Shown: positions 20,101-28,249 of the stretch, one piece after another
Layout of the letters: the number at the start of each line of letters is the position of its first letter
How positions within the stretch are numbered: position 1 is the first letter of the stretch
Origin: an uncultured Bacteroidota bacterium
Lineage (GTDB): Bacteria > Bacteroidota > Bacteroidia > NS11-12g > UBA9320
Assembly (NCBI GenBank): GCA_913050005.1
Contig: CAJXBI010000002.1
Span: 9,540-73,539, forward strand
Length of the DNA: 64,000 nt
Reading direction: 5' to 3'
Translations under genes and position numbers: made by a program
The notes under the pieces: model-generated
Told to the model about the DNA's origin: nothing
Database searches by the model: none
What the model saw: only the letters and a program-made list of their open reading frames with translations

Positions 20101-20349
20101 TTATTTGGTTAATACTACCAATAGACAAACGATGATACCAAAGAAAGCAGCACCCTCAACAAGGGCAGCAGCAACGATCATGTTTGCTCTAATGTCACCT
20201 GTGGACTCAGGTTGACGAGCCATTGATTCAAGTGCAGATCCACCGATTCTTCCGATACCGATTCCTGCTCCGATAGCTGCAACTCCTGCTCCGATTCCTG
20301 CTCCCATGTAAGCATTTGCCATGTCTAATAAAATTGTTAAAAATTCCAT
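20101..20349 (-). CDS. atpE: F0F1 ATP synthase subunit c
   Basis: 82 aa forming a two-helix hairpin, with Gly-rich helix 1 (GAGIGAGVAAIGAGIGIG), loop ARQPE and an ion-binding Glu in helix 2 (AALVEGAAFF). Confidence 0.95.
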   Translation of the reverse strand: MEFLTILLDMANAYMGAGIGAGVAAIGAGIGIGRIGGSALESMARQPESTGDIRANMIVAAALVEGAAFFGIIVCLLVVLTK

Positions 20350-20400
20350 CTTTTAATTGTTAGTTGTTTTATTATATATTTAGTTTAATTGTAAACGTGT

Positions 20401-21501
20401 TTAATGTGCATGATGTTCTTCTACTGCCGACCCAAAGTATAAGGCAGATAGTAATGTGAAAACATATGCTTGTAAAAATGCTACTAATAACTCAATAGCA
20501 AACATAAATATTGAAAATGCCACAGATAATATAGATACTCCGTATCCACCGCCTGCACCATACAAATTATTAAAAATAAATATCAAACTTACGAATGAAA
20601 GTATGATGATATGCCCTGCTGTTATGTTTGCAAATAAACGCAGTGTCAATACAACAGGCTTGGATATGAACCCAATAAACTCGATAAAAAACATTAATGG
20701 AATAGGAAACTTCAACCACCATGGAACTCCAGGTGTATTATAAATATGTTTCCAATAATCTTTGTTCCCATTTACAGAGGTAATTACGAAAGTAAATAAG
20801 GCTAAGACCAAAGCAACAGCGATATTTCCTGTAACATTGAATCCACCAATGAAAGGGATTAATCCCAGCATATTTCCAATCCATATAAAAAAGAATATGG
20901 TTAACAGGTAGGGAAGAAACTTTTGATATTTCTTACCAATCGATGGTTTTGCTATCTCATCTTTTACAAAAAGTATAAGTGGCTCGAAGAATGATTGCAT
21001 CCCTTGTGGAGCCATTCTTTCTCGCTTTTTGTAAGAATTACTTATTGAAATAAACACAAACAACATTATACCCATTGTTAGTAGCATCCCAAAAACTGAT
21101 TTCGTGATTGACAAGTCTAATGGTCTATCAGCAACAACATGTCCATGTTCATCGTGTGTCAACTCACCCTCGGCGCCTACATGATATATTTTTTCATGAA
21201 CCATTGCATAGCCATTATATGAACTTCCGTGGGTAAGGTTTGACGACATAAAAAAATCAAAGCCTTTTTCTTTAGAATATAGGATAATTGGAAGTGGAAT
21301 GTGTAATGGTCCAATATGAATTTCATGGTTGTCCATGACGTGATGCATAATTAACTCACCAGCATTAAAACCTTTGTCTTCGTGATTATTCTCAGTTGAT
21401 TGTTCAGCTGTGGCTGAAAAAGACGTCATAATCAGCATAAATAGTGTTAGAATAGCGGACTTTAATTTTAACGTAAAATGCTGAATATTAAATTGTTGCA
21501 T
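20401..21501 (-). CDS. atpB: F0F1 ATP synthase subunit a
   Basis: Contains LRLFANITAGH with the essential Arg. The long N-terminal extension is common in Bacteroidota a subunits. Confidence 0.9.
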   Translation of the reverse strand: MQQFNIQHFTLKLKSAILTLFMLIMTSFSATAEQSTENNHEDKGFNAGELIMHHVMDNHEIHIGPLHIPLPIILYSKEKGFDFFMSSNLTHGSSYNGYAMVHEKIYHVGAEGELTHDEHGHVVADRPLDLSITKSVFGMLLTMGIMLFVFISISNSYKKRERMAPQGMQSFFEPLILFVKDEIAKPSIGKKYQKFLPYLLTIFFFIWIGNMLGLIPFIGGFNVTGNIAVALVLALFTFVITSVNGNKDYWKHIYNTPGVPWWLKFPIPLMFFIEFIGFISKPVVLTLRLFANITAGHIIILSFVSLIFIFNNLYGAGGGYGVSILSVAFSIFMFAIELLVAFLQAYVFTLLSALYFGSAVEEHHAH

Positions 21502-21892
21502 TATAACTGTTGGTGTTTTTTTCGGTTCGCAATTTATGTACTAATTGATATATTTCAAATATTGTAAACAATAAATATAAAAATAAATAATACCCTACAA
21601 ACAAGCTAGCCTTTATGTCACTGACTATTAAATATATAGCTATAAAAATAATTGAAAATAATATTCGGATTCCTGTTCCAGACATGATGCCCATAAAAAA
21701 AGCAGAATTGGAATTATTTTTAATTACTTTATTTGAACGTTTTCCAAGAATCAAACCCACAAGAAGGTAGTATAAAAGTGCAGACCAATACCATACCTGT
21801 TCTGGCTCATTTGTAAAATAAAAAAGAACAATATCAAACACAGCAACTAAAAGCCCTAATATTAGTAGTCGTGATACAAATTTAATATCCAC
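21488..21892 (-). CDS. Small polytopic membrane protein in the AtpI position of the atp operon
   Basis: 134 aa with four predicted TM helices. It abuts the AtpZ-like gene with zero gap and overlaps the atpB start by 14 nt. Confidence 0.55.
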   Translation of the reverse strand: MDIKFVSRLLILGLLVAVFDIVLFYFTNEPEQVWYWSALLYYLLVGLILGKRSNKVIKNNSNSAFFMGIMSGTGIRILFSIIFIAIYLIVSDIKASLFVGYYLFLYLLFTIFEIYQLVHKLRTEKNTNSYNATI

Positions 21893-22102
21893 TTATTTTA
21901 AACTTTTAATCAAAATGTACATTACTGCAAATACAGCTATAAAAATTCCAATCAACAAAAAAACAGATTCTAAATTGAGATAAGAGTCCAAATACTTACC
22001 AGATAGAACAAAAATTAGAGTCAGAAAAATCAATTGGAAACCAATACCTGCGTATTTCTGCGTTGAATTATCCCGTTGCTTGTTGGACATCCGCTTGGAC
22101 AT
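21893..22102 (-). CDS. AtpZ/AtpI family small membrane protein
   Basis: 69 aa with a basic N-terminus and then two TM helices (YAGIGFQLIFLTLIFVLSG...). It sits upstream of atpB. The start could instead be the ATG at 22090. Confidence 0.6.
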   Translation of the reverse strand: MSKRMSNKQRDNSTQKYAGIGFQLIFLTLIFVLSGKYLDSYLNLESVFLLIGIFIAVFAVMYILIKSLK

Positions 22103-22472
22103 TCTCTTTTTTTATCGAAATTGCATTACCCATCGAACATTTTCCATTAAACTCCCCCCCATTTTCAAGCACGAGTTTAGAGGTATTTATGTCCCCGTCT
22201 ATTTTCCCAGTACTTTTTATAATTAAAAGGTCACTCACATTCACATCTCCAACTGCTTTTCCACTAATGTCGCAGTCTTTTGCTTTAATGGCTCCTACAA
22301 TTTCACCATTAACACCAATTATACATTTTCCCTCTGTAGTTACATTACCATCTACCATACAATCTATTCTCAAATCACCTTTTGATTTTAGATCCCCTAC
22401 TAATTTTGTCCCCTCACTTAATACATTAATGTTTACAGTTATGGTTGCTGATTTCTCTTTTTGTCTTAACAT
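22068..22472 (-). CDS. Bactofilin (polymer-forming cytoskeletal protein)
   Basis: 134 aa with repetitive beta-helix windings typical of the bactofilin/DUF583 domain (EGTKLVGDLKSKGDLRIDCMVDGNVTTEGKCIIGVNGEIVGAIKAKDCDISGKAVGDV...). Confidence 0.8.
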   Translation of the reverse strand: MLRQKEKSATITVNINVLSEGTKLVGDLKSKGDLRIDCMVDGNVTTEGKCIIGVNGEIVGAIKAKDCDISGKAVGDVNVSDLLIIKSTGKIDGDINTSKLVLENGGEFNGKCSMGNAISIKKENVQADVQQATG

Positions 22473-22485
22473 TTCTATTTTTAAT

Positions 22486-23295
22486 TTAAAAGTTCAAATA
22501 ACTAAGTGGATTCACTGCCAAGCCATTCTTCCATAGTTCAAAATGAAGATGTGGTCCAGAGGACAACTCTCCTGTATTTCCTACCAATGCAACAGCATCT
22601 CCAGCACTTACGAATGTACCCGTTTTTTTCAAAAGGACGGCATTGTGCTTATAAACCGATATAAAATTATTTGAATGTTGTATAATAATGGTGTGTCCAC
22701 CTTTAGAAGTCCAACCGCTATATATTACTGTTCCGTTCTGAATTGATTTAATTACTTCTTTAGTTTTAGCAGCAATATCAATACCTAGATGACTTCTTTG
22801 AATATTAAAACTATCTGTTATAACCCCTTTCACTGGAATGAAAAAACTATAGTCTTGTTTTGGTTTAGACGGTCTATCAAGGTCAATTTCCGTGGGTTGA
22901 TTTTCTTCAGTAATACTAATTTGAGTCTCTGCAAGCTCATTATCTACTATATCCATGGATAACTCATCCCCAGACAAAACTGACTCAAGAATATCGGATT
23001 GTAAATTAATTTGTTCTAAATATATTTCTAATGAATCAATTTTTTGAATCATTTCATATTGCTCTTGACTTGTATATTTGGCACTTTTAGTAGGGAAAAT
23101 ATAATTAAGCGGAGTATATGCTAAAAGAACGTAGACCAGTGATCCAAATAAAAGAAACCCGCCGCATACAAGAAGGACTAGATTTAACGGTTCTAAAACA
23201 ATCGATACTTTTTCTTCCAAATTATCGTCTTGTCTTAAAATCAAACGATATCGATTTTTAAACTTATTTGCTATTTTTCTACGGAAAGAACCCAA
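22486..23295 (-). CDS. M23 (LytM-domain) metallopeptidase, membrane-anchored
   Basis: N-terminal TM segment, a coiled coil and a LytM domain with HLGIDIAA, HTIIIQH and GPHLHFELW. TTG start. Confidence 0.85.
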   Translation of the reverse strand: MGSFRRKIANKFKNRYRLILRQDDNLEEKVSIVLEPLNLVLLVCGGFLLFGSLVYVLLAYTPLNYIFPTKSAKYTSQEQYEMIQKIDSLEIYLEQINLQSDILESVLSGDELSMDIVDNELAETQISITEENQPTEIDLDRPSKPKQDYSFFIPVKGVITDSFNIQRSHLGIDIAAKTKEVIKSIQNGTVIYSGWTSKGGHTIIIQHSNNFISVYKHNAVLLKKTGTFVSAGDAVALVGNTGELSSGPHLHFELWKNGLAVNPLSYLNF

Positions 23296-23325
23296 ATTAA
23301 TTAAATGATTGCGACGTTTTTAAAA

Positions 23326-23333
23326 TATTTTTG
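23326..23333 (+). promoter_or_regulatory. -7 promoter box TATTTTTG for the TPR protein gene
   Basis: Exact TAnnTTTG, 48 nt before the TTG start at 23381. Confidence 0.4.
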
Positions 23334-23356
23334 TTGCCTAAAGAGTTAAACCACTA

Positions 23357-23364
23357 CAAAGTTA
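23357..23364 (-). promoter_or_regulatory. -7 promoter box TAACTTTG for the M23-bactofilin-atp gene string
   Basis: Exact TAnnTTTG on the minus strand, 62 nt upstream of the M23 start at 23295. It is arranged divergently with the box at 23326. Confidence 0.4.
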
Positions 23365-23380
23365 AACAGATTATCAAAAA

Positions 23381-25966
23381 TTGAAGGGAATTAAATACAT
23401 ACTTGTTATTGCTCTTGTATCTATGTTAATTGATTCTGATGCACAGGCTCAAAAGGAATCTTGGATAAAGAAAAGCTGGAACAACATGGTGGCACATTAT
23501 AACATCTATTTTAATGCTGAACAAAAACTTAAAGCATGTATGTCTAGATTGGCTAATAAACAAAAGGATGACTTCAATTCTATAATTAATGTATTTCCAT
23601 ATGGTTCAGAAAAAGATGCGAAAAGTATAAAAGAACCTCTTGAAGCTGCTATGAAAAAAGCATCTAAAGTTATTCAGAATAAGCCAAATAGCAAATGGGT
23701 TGATGATGCTTACTTTTCAATCGGACAAACCCAGTTTTTTGGAATGGACTATTACTCTTCTATTGAAACATTTCAGTTTGTAAACAACAGTTTTAAAGAC
23801 GAAAAGACAAAAGTATTAAGTCAACTTTGGCTAATGAAGTCCTATATTCAACAAAAAAAGTATGACGACGCAGAAGCAATATTTGGTACAGTTAAAAATA
23901 TTTCAATCAACTATCCAGCATTTAAAACTCAACTCTATTTAGCTGCTGGAGATTTGATGGTTAAACAAAATAAATTACCTGAGGCCATTGTTTTGTTGAA
24001 TGCGGGACTTTCAAAACTTAAAGATAAAATACTGAAATATCGAACTCACTTTGTGCTAGGTCAAATCTATCAAGAGTTAAATCAATATGAGAAGGCAAAT
24101 ACTAATTTCATAAAAGTCCTTAAACTAAATGCCCCATATCAGTATGTTTTTCAGGCTAATTTAGGTATGGCTAAATCTACGGCAAGTAGCAATGGTATAG
24201 GTGCACAAAAAACTAGAAAGTACCTAAAAAGAATGCTTGAAGATAATAAAAATACAGATTACTTCGATCAGATTTATTATGAATTAGCTAGGCTAGAATT
24301 TAAACTTGATAACACATCTGATGGACTGTTATACATGAAAAAATCAGCTAAAAATTCTACCAATAATCAAATTCAAAAAACAAAGACCTACCTCTTTTTA
24401 GCAGATTACTATTTCAATAACCGTCAATACCCTGCAGCTCAAGCATACTATGATAGCACTATTGCTGAGATACCAAAAGACTATCCAGAAGTGGAAAGTA
24501 TAAAGGCTAAGCACGCTGTCCTTTCTAAATTGATTGAGAATATTAAAATCATCAAAGAACAAGATAGTCTTCTAGCTTTGAGCTATTTAGATCGAGATGT
24601 ATTGGACAAAAAAATCAATATAATGGTTGAAGAACTGAAAGAAAAAGAACTTATAGCCGCAGAAGAAGAGACTCTTCGTCGTGATCAAGCTATACTTAAC
24701 AATAATTTTGGTGGTTCTTTGCCAACACAAAATAAAGTTGGTGGAAATTGGTATTTCTACAATACCTCATCTGTAGCTAGAGGTACTAACGAATTCAATC
24801 GTTTGTGGGGTATAAGACCTTACGGAGATTTTTGGAGATATCTTAATAAAAGTTCTATGACTAGTGCTCTCAATGGAAGTAATGAATTATTAACTAAATC
24901 TGATAATTATACTGAAATAGATATATACAATAGTTCGCAAGATGAGGAACAATCAGAAGCACTAAAAAATATATCTAGTGATTTGAGAAAATATTATGAA
25001 AATATTCCATTTAGTGCAACAGCTCAAGTAGTTTCAAAGAAAAAAATACAAACAGCCTATCTTAATATTGGTAAAGTATATTTTGAAGATTTAAAAGAAG
25101 ATCAAAAGGCAAAAAATAACTTCTCTTCTCTCATTGAAATGTATCCTAAAACAGAATACAAACCAGAAGTACTTTTCTTTCTAACTAAAATAGCCCTTAA
25201 CTTCGGTGACACAATAAAAGCAAATCAGTTATCAAAGCAAATTTCTTATGAATTCCCTGAAACTGTTTATAATCAAGTGCTAAACAATAAAGAAATTCCT
25301 GAAGATAACAGTGAAACTAAGGTACTAATGATTTATCAAGACATGTATTTTGCTCTTCAAAACGAAAACTACAATAAAATAATTCAACTCAAAAATAATA
25401 TTGATAAAAACCATGCTGGTAATTCGATTCAAGACAAAATAGATTATCTCTTTGCCCAAGCAATTGGTAAAACTAAGGGTAAGAGCGCATACATATCCGA
25501 ATTAGAAAGTATTAGAGAAACTTACCAAGGTAACTCAATAGGTGAACTATCGTCATATACTCTAAGGTTAATGAAAAAATCTAATGAAAAATCTAATACT
25601 TTAAAATTATTTGATGATGATCTTGATGACGTTTTTTATTACATAATTACAGGTCAAACTTCTTCAGAAAAACAAGTAGAAATTAAAATTAATGAACACA
25701 ATAAGAATGCAGTTGGTAATCTTCCACTTAGGGTATCAAGTCTAATTTTTGGTGACCGTTCATTATTTTATATTAAACAATTTAGTACGAAATCCATAGC
25801 ATTAAAGTATCATAAAAAAATCATATCAGATAACGAATTTCTTTTAGATGCAGGTCTATCGAATATCAGATACTACCCTATAACAGAAAAGAACTTTAGA
25901 AAACTGATAAGTAACAAGAAAGAAGTTGAATACATTGATCAATTTAAATCTACATTTGTTCAGTAG
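23381..25966 (+). CDS. Large TPR-repeat periplasmic protein, possibly PorW/SprE-like
   Basis: 861 aa with a signal peptide, an N-terminal AHYNIYFNAEQ motif and multiple TPR-like helical repeats. Size and motif recall the T9SS protein SprE/PorW, but the signal peptide has no lipobox Cys. Confidence 0.4.
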   Translation: MKGIKYILVIALVSMLIDSDAQAQKESWIKKSWNNMVAHYNIYFNAEQKLKACMSRLANKQKDDFNSIINVFPYGSEKDAKSIKEPLEAAMKKASKVIQNKPNSKWVDDAYFSIGQTQFFGMDYYSSIETFQFVNNSFKDEKTKVLSQLWLMKSYIQQKKYDDAEAIFGTVKNISINYPAFKTQLYLAAGDLMVKQNKLPEAIVLLNAGLSKLKDKILKYRTHFVLGQIYQELNQYEKANTNFIKVLKLNAPYQYVFQANLGMAKSTASSNGIGAQKTRKYLKRMLEDNKNTDYFDQIYYELARLEFKLDNTSDGLLYMKKSAKNSTNNQIQKTKTYLFLADYYFNNRQYPAAQAYYDSTIAEIPKDYPEVESIKAKHAVLSKLIENIKIIKEQDSLLALSYLDRDVLDKKINIMVEELKEKELIAAEEETLRRDQAILNNNFGGSLPTQNKVGGNWYFYNTSSVARGTNEFNRLWGIRPYGDFWRYLNKSSMTSALNGSNELLTKSDNYTEIDIYNSSQDEEQSEALKNISSDLRKYYENIPFSATAQVVSKKKIQTAYLNIGKVYFEDLKEDQKAKNNFSSLIEMYPKTEYKPEVLFFLTKIALNFGDTIKANQLSKQISYEFPETVYNQVLNNKEIPEDNSETKVLMIYQDMYFALQNENYNKIIQLKNNIDKNHAGNSIQDKIDYLFAQAIGKTKGKSAYISELESIRETYQGNSIGELSSYTLRLMKKSNEKSNTLKLFDDDLDDVFYYIITGQTSSEKQVEIKINEHNKNAVGNLPLRVSSLIFGDRSLFYIKQFSTKSIALKYHKKIISDNEFLLDAGLSNIRYYPITEKNFRKLISNKKEVEYIDQFKSTFVQ

Positions 25967-25969
25967 GTA

Positions 25970-28249
25970 ATGACTAATATCAATACTAAAACTAAACAAA
26001 TTAAATTTATACCATTACTATGGAGGGCTTTTATTACCTTCATTTTCATTGTATTTCTATTTTTAACTAGCGTCAAAATTGGCCTTTGGGGCAAACTTCC
26101 AGAAACTACAGAATTAGAAAATCCAGAAACAAAACTAGCATCAGAAGTTTATGCAAATAACGGAGAAATATTAGGTAAAATTTTCTATCAAGAAAACAGA
26201 ACAAACAGTAGGTTTGAAGATATTCCAAGCTACCTAAAAGAAGCTCTTATTGCAACCGAAGATGAACGGTTTTTTAATCACAGTGGAATTGATGGTAAAG
26301 CTCTTGTTAGGGCGGTATCGCGTCTTGGAAAAGATGGTGGAGGAAGTACAATCACACAGCAATTAGCAAAAAATCTATTTCACAGAGAGGCTATATCTAG
26401 GACCAATCGTATTATTCAAAAATTTAAAGAATGGATACTTGCCATTCAAATCGAAAAAAGATACACTAAAGATGAAATTATTCTGATGTATTTCAATACT
26501 GTTCCCTATGGTAATAGCTATGGTATTAAATCAGCTGCTAAAACTTATTTTAATAAAAATACGAAAGACCTAAAAATTGAAGAAGCTGCGGTTCTTGTCG
26601 GAATGCTCAAAGCTAATACAACCTATAATCCTATTCGAAACCCAACTAAATCTCAAAAACGAAGAAATGTGGTTCTATTCCAAATGTTAAAAAATGACTA
26701 TCTGAATCAAAATGAATTTGATAGTCTCAAAGTTTTACCATTAAAAACAGATTATAACTTTACTGATCATAATACCGGTATCGCTACCTATTTTCGTTCA
26801 TACTTAAATCAATGGCTTAAAGCATGGACTAAAACCTATTTAGCAGAAAATGGTATTAAATATAATATTTATGATGATGGTTTAAAAATATATACAACAA
26901 TTGACCCCAAAATTCAAGCATTTGCTGAAACAGCCGTATCAAAGCACATGGCTATACTTCAGCAGCAATTTTATGAAGAAACCAAACAAAGAAAAAGAGA
27001 CCCTTGGTACACTGAAAACCAGTTTGGTAACCCTGTCTATGACCCATCATACCCTGATCGAATGATTAAACGATCGCATCGCTATCGAAGTTTGAAAAAA
27101 AAATACTCAGATGATGACTCCGTTAATTATTATTTAAATCTACCTGTTCAAACAAAACTTTTTTCTTGGAGTGGTGAAATTGATACTGTAATTAGTCCTC
27201 TTGATTCATTGAAGTACACCAAACAAATCCTTCATACTGGTTTCATGAGTTTTGAGCCTCAAACTGGCCACATTAAAGCCTGGGTTGGGGGAATCAATCA
27301 TAAGTATTTCCAATATGACCATGTAAATAAAAAATCTACGAGACAAGTGGGTTCGACCTTTAAACCACTGGTTTATGCTAGAGGCTTGGATGATAACAAA
27401 CTAGAACCTTGCGAAATTGAGAGTACAGGTCCAGTCATAGTAGAATATGGTAATGGAAAAGAATGGTCTCCATCAAACTCAAGTAAAGTTCCTGAAACCG
27501 TAACATTTTATGAGGGTCTTCAGAAGTCCATAAATACTGTAACTGCTCGGGTTATGAAAAGACTTGGTCCAAATAGTGCAGATATTGTTAAACAAACAGC
27601 AAGTAAAATGGGAATAGATGATAGTAAATTTCAACCTTATCCATCAATATGTTTAGGAACAATGGATGTTTCTGTTTTTGAGATGGTAAGTGCGTATGGA
27701 ACTTTTGTAAATAAGGGCACATGGGTTGAACCAATTTTTATAACTAAAATCGAAGATAAAAACGGTAACATACTTGCTGATTTTACACCTAAAAAGGATG
27801 AAGCACTCAGAAAACAAACAGCTTACACTATTTGTAAAATGCTTGAAAAGGTAACTATGGCTGGAGGAACAGGTTCTCGTTTAAGAAGAAATTATAAACT
27901 TCCAAATAATGTTTCCATTGGGGGTAAAACTGGAACTACTCAGAATAATTCGGATGGTTGGTTTATGGGGATTACTCCAAACTTAGTTAGTGGTTGTTGG
28001 GTTGGTGCTGAAGAACGAAATGTTCATTTTAGCAATACTGCATATGGTCAAGGTGCAAACATGGCTCTGCCTATATTTGGAGAATTTATGGAGCAAGTAT
28101 TTTCAGATGAGACTATTTATTTAGGACGTGGAAAATTTGAAGCACCCAAGGAGTCTTTTACTATTGAACTTAACTGTCAGAGATATGATAGTCTAAAGAA
28201 TTCTCAGAATAGTCCAGATATTAATGAAATTCAAGATGAGCTATTTTAG
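25970..28249 (+). CDS. mrcA: Class A penicillin-binding protein (PBP1A; transglycosylase/transpeptidase)
   Basis: GT51 motifs EDERFFNHSGID and GGSTITQQL. Transpeptidase motifs STFKP (SxxK) and KTGTT. Confidence 0.9.
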   Translation: MTNINTKTKQIKFIPLLWRAFITFIFIVFLFLTSVKIGLWGKLPETTELENPETKLASEVYANNGEILGKIFYQENRTNSRFEDIPSYLKEALIATEDERFFNHSGIDGKALVRAVSRLGKDGGGSTITQQLAKNLFHREAISRTNRIIQKFKEWILAIQIEKRYTKDEIILMYFNTVPYGNSYGIKSAAKTYFNKNTKDLKIEEAAVLVGMLKANTTYNPIRNPTKSQKRRNVVLFQMLKNDYLNQNEFDSLKVLPLKTDYNFTDHNTGIATYFRSYLNQWLKAWTKTYLAENGIKYNIYDDGLKIYTTIDPKIQAFAETAVSKHMAILQQQFYEETKQRKRDPWYTENQFGNPVYDPSYPDRMIKRSHRYRSLKKKYSDDDSVNYYLNLPVQTKLFSWSGEIDTVISPLDSLKYTKQILHTGFMSFEPQTGHIKAWVGGINHKYFQYDHVNKKSTRQVGSTFKPLVYARGLDDNKLEPCEIESTGPVIVEYGNGKEWSPSNSSKVPETVTFYEGLQKSINTVTARVMKRLGPNSADIVKQTASKMGIDDSKFQPYPSICLGTMDVSVFEMVSAYGTFVNKGTWVEPIFITKIEDKNGNILADFTPKKDEALRKQTAYTICKMLEKVTMAGGTGSRLRRNYKLPNNVSIGGKTGTTQNNSDGWFMGITPNLVSGCWVGAEERNVHFSNTAYGQGANMALPIFGEFMEQVFSDETIYLGRGKFEAPKESFTIELNCQRYDSLKNSQNSPDINEIQDELF

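Noticed and set aside
20456-20743. 95-aa plus-strand ORF inside atpB. Similar antisense ORFs occur inside alaS (39844..40149), fsa (46811..47110), atpD (43973..44248) and the giant protein (61946..62851).
   Set aside because: All are antisense to strongly supported genes and show no independent signals. Shadow ORFs of this kind are typical in AT-rich genomes.
22063-22536. 157-aa plus-strand ORF rich in S, P and F.
   Set aside because: It is the antisense mirror of the well-supported bactofilin gene. It has low-complexity composition, no start context and no promoter box.
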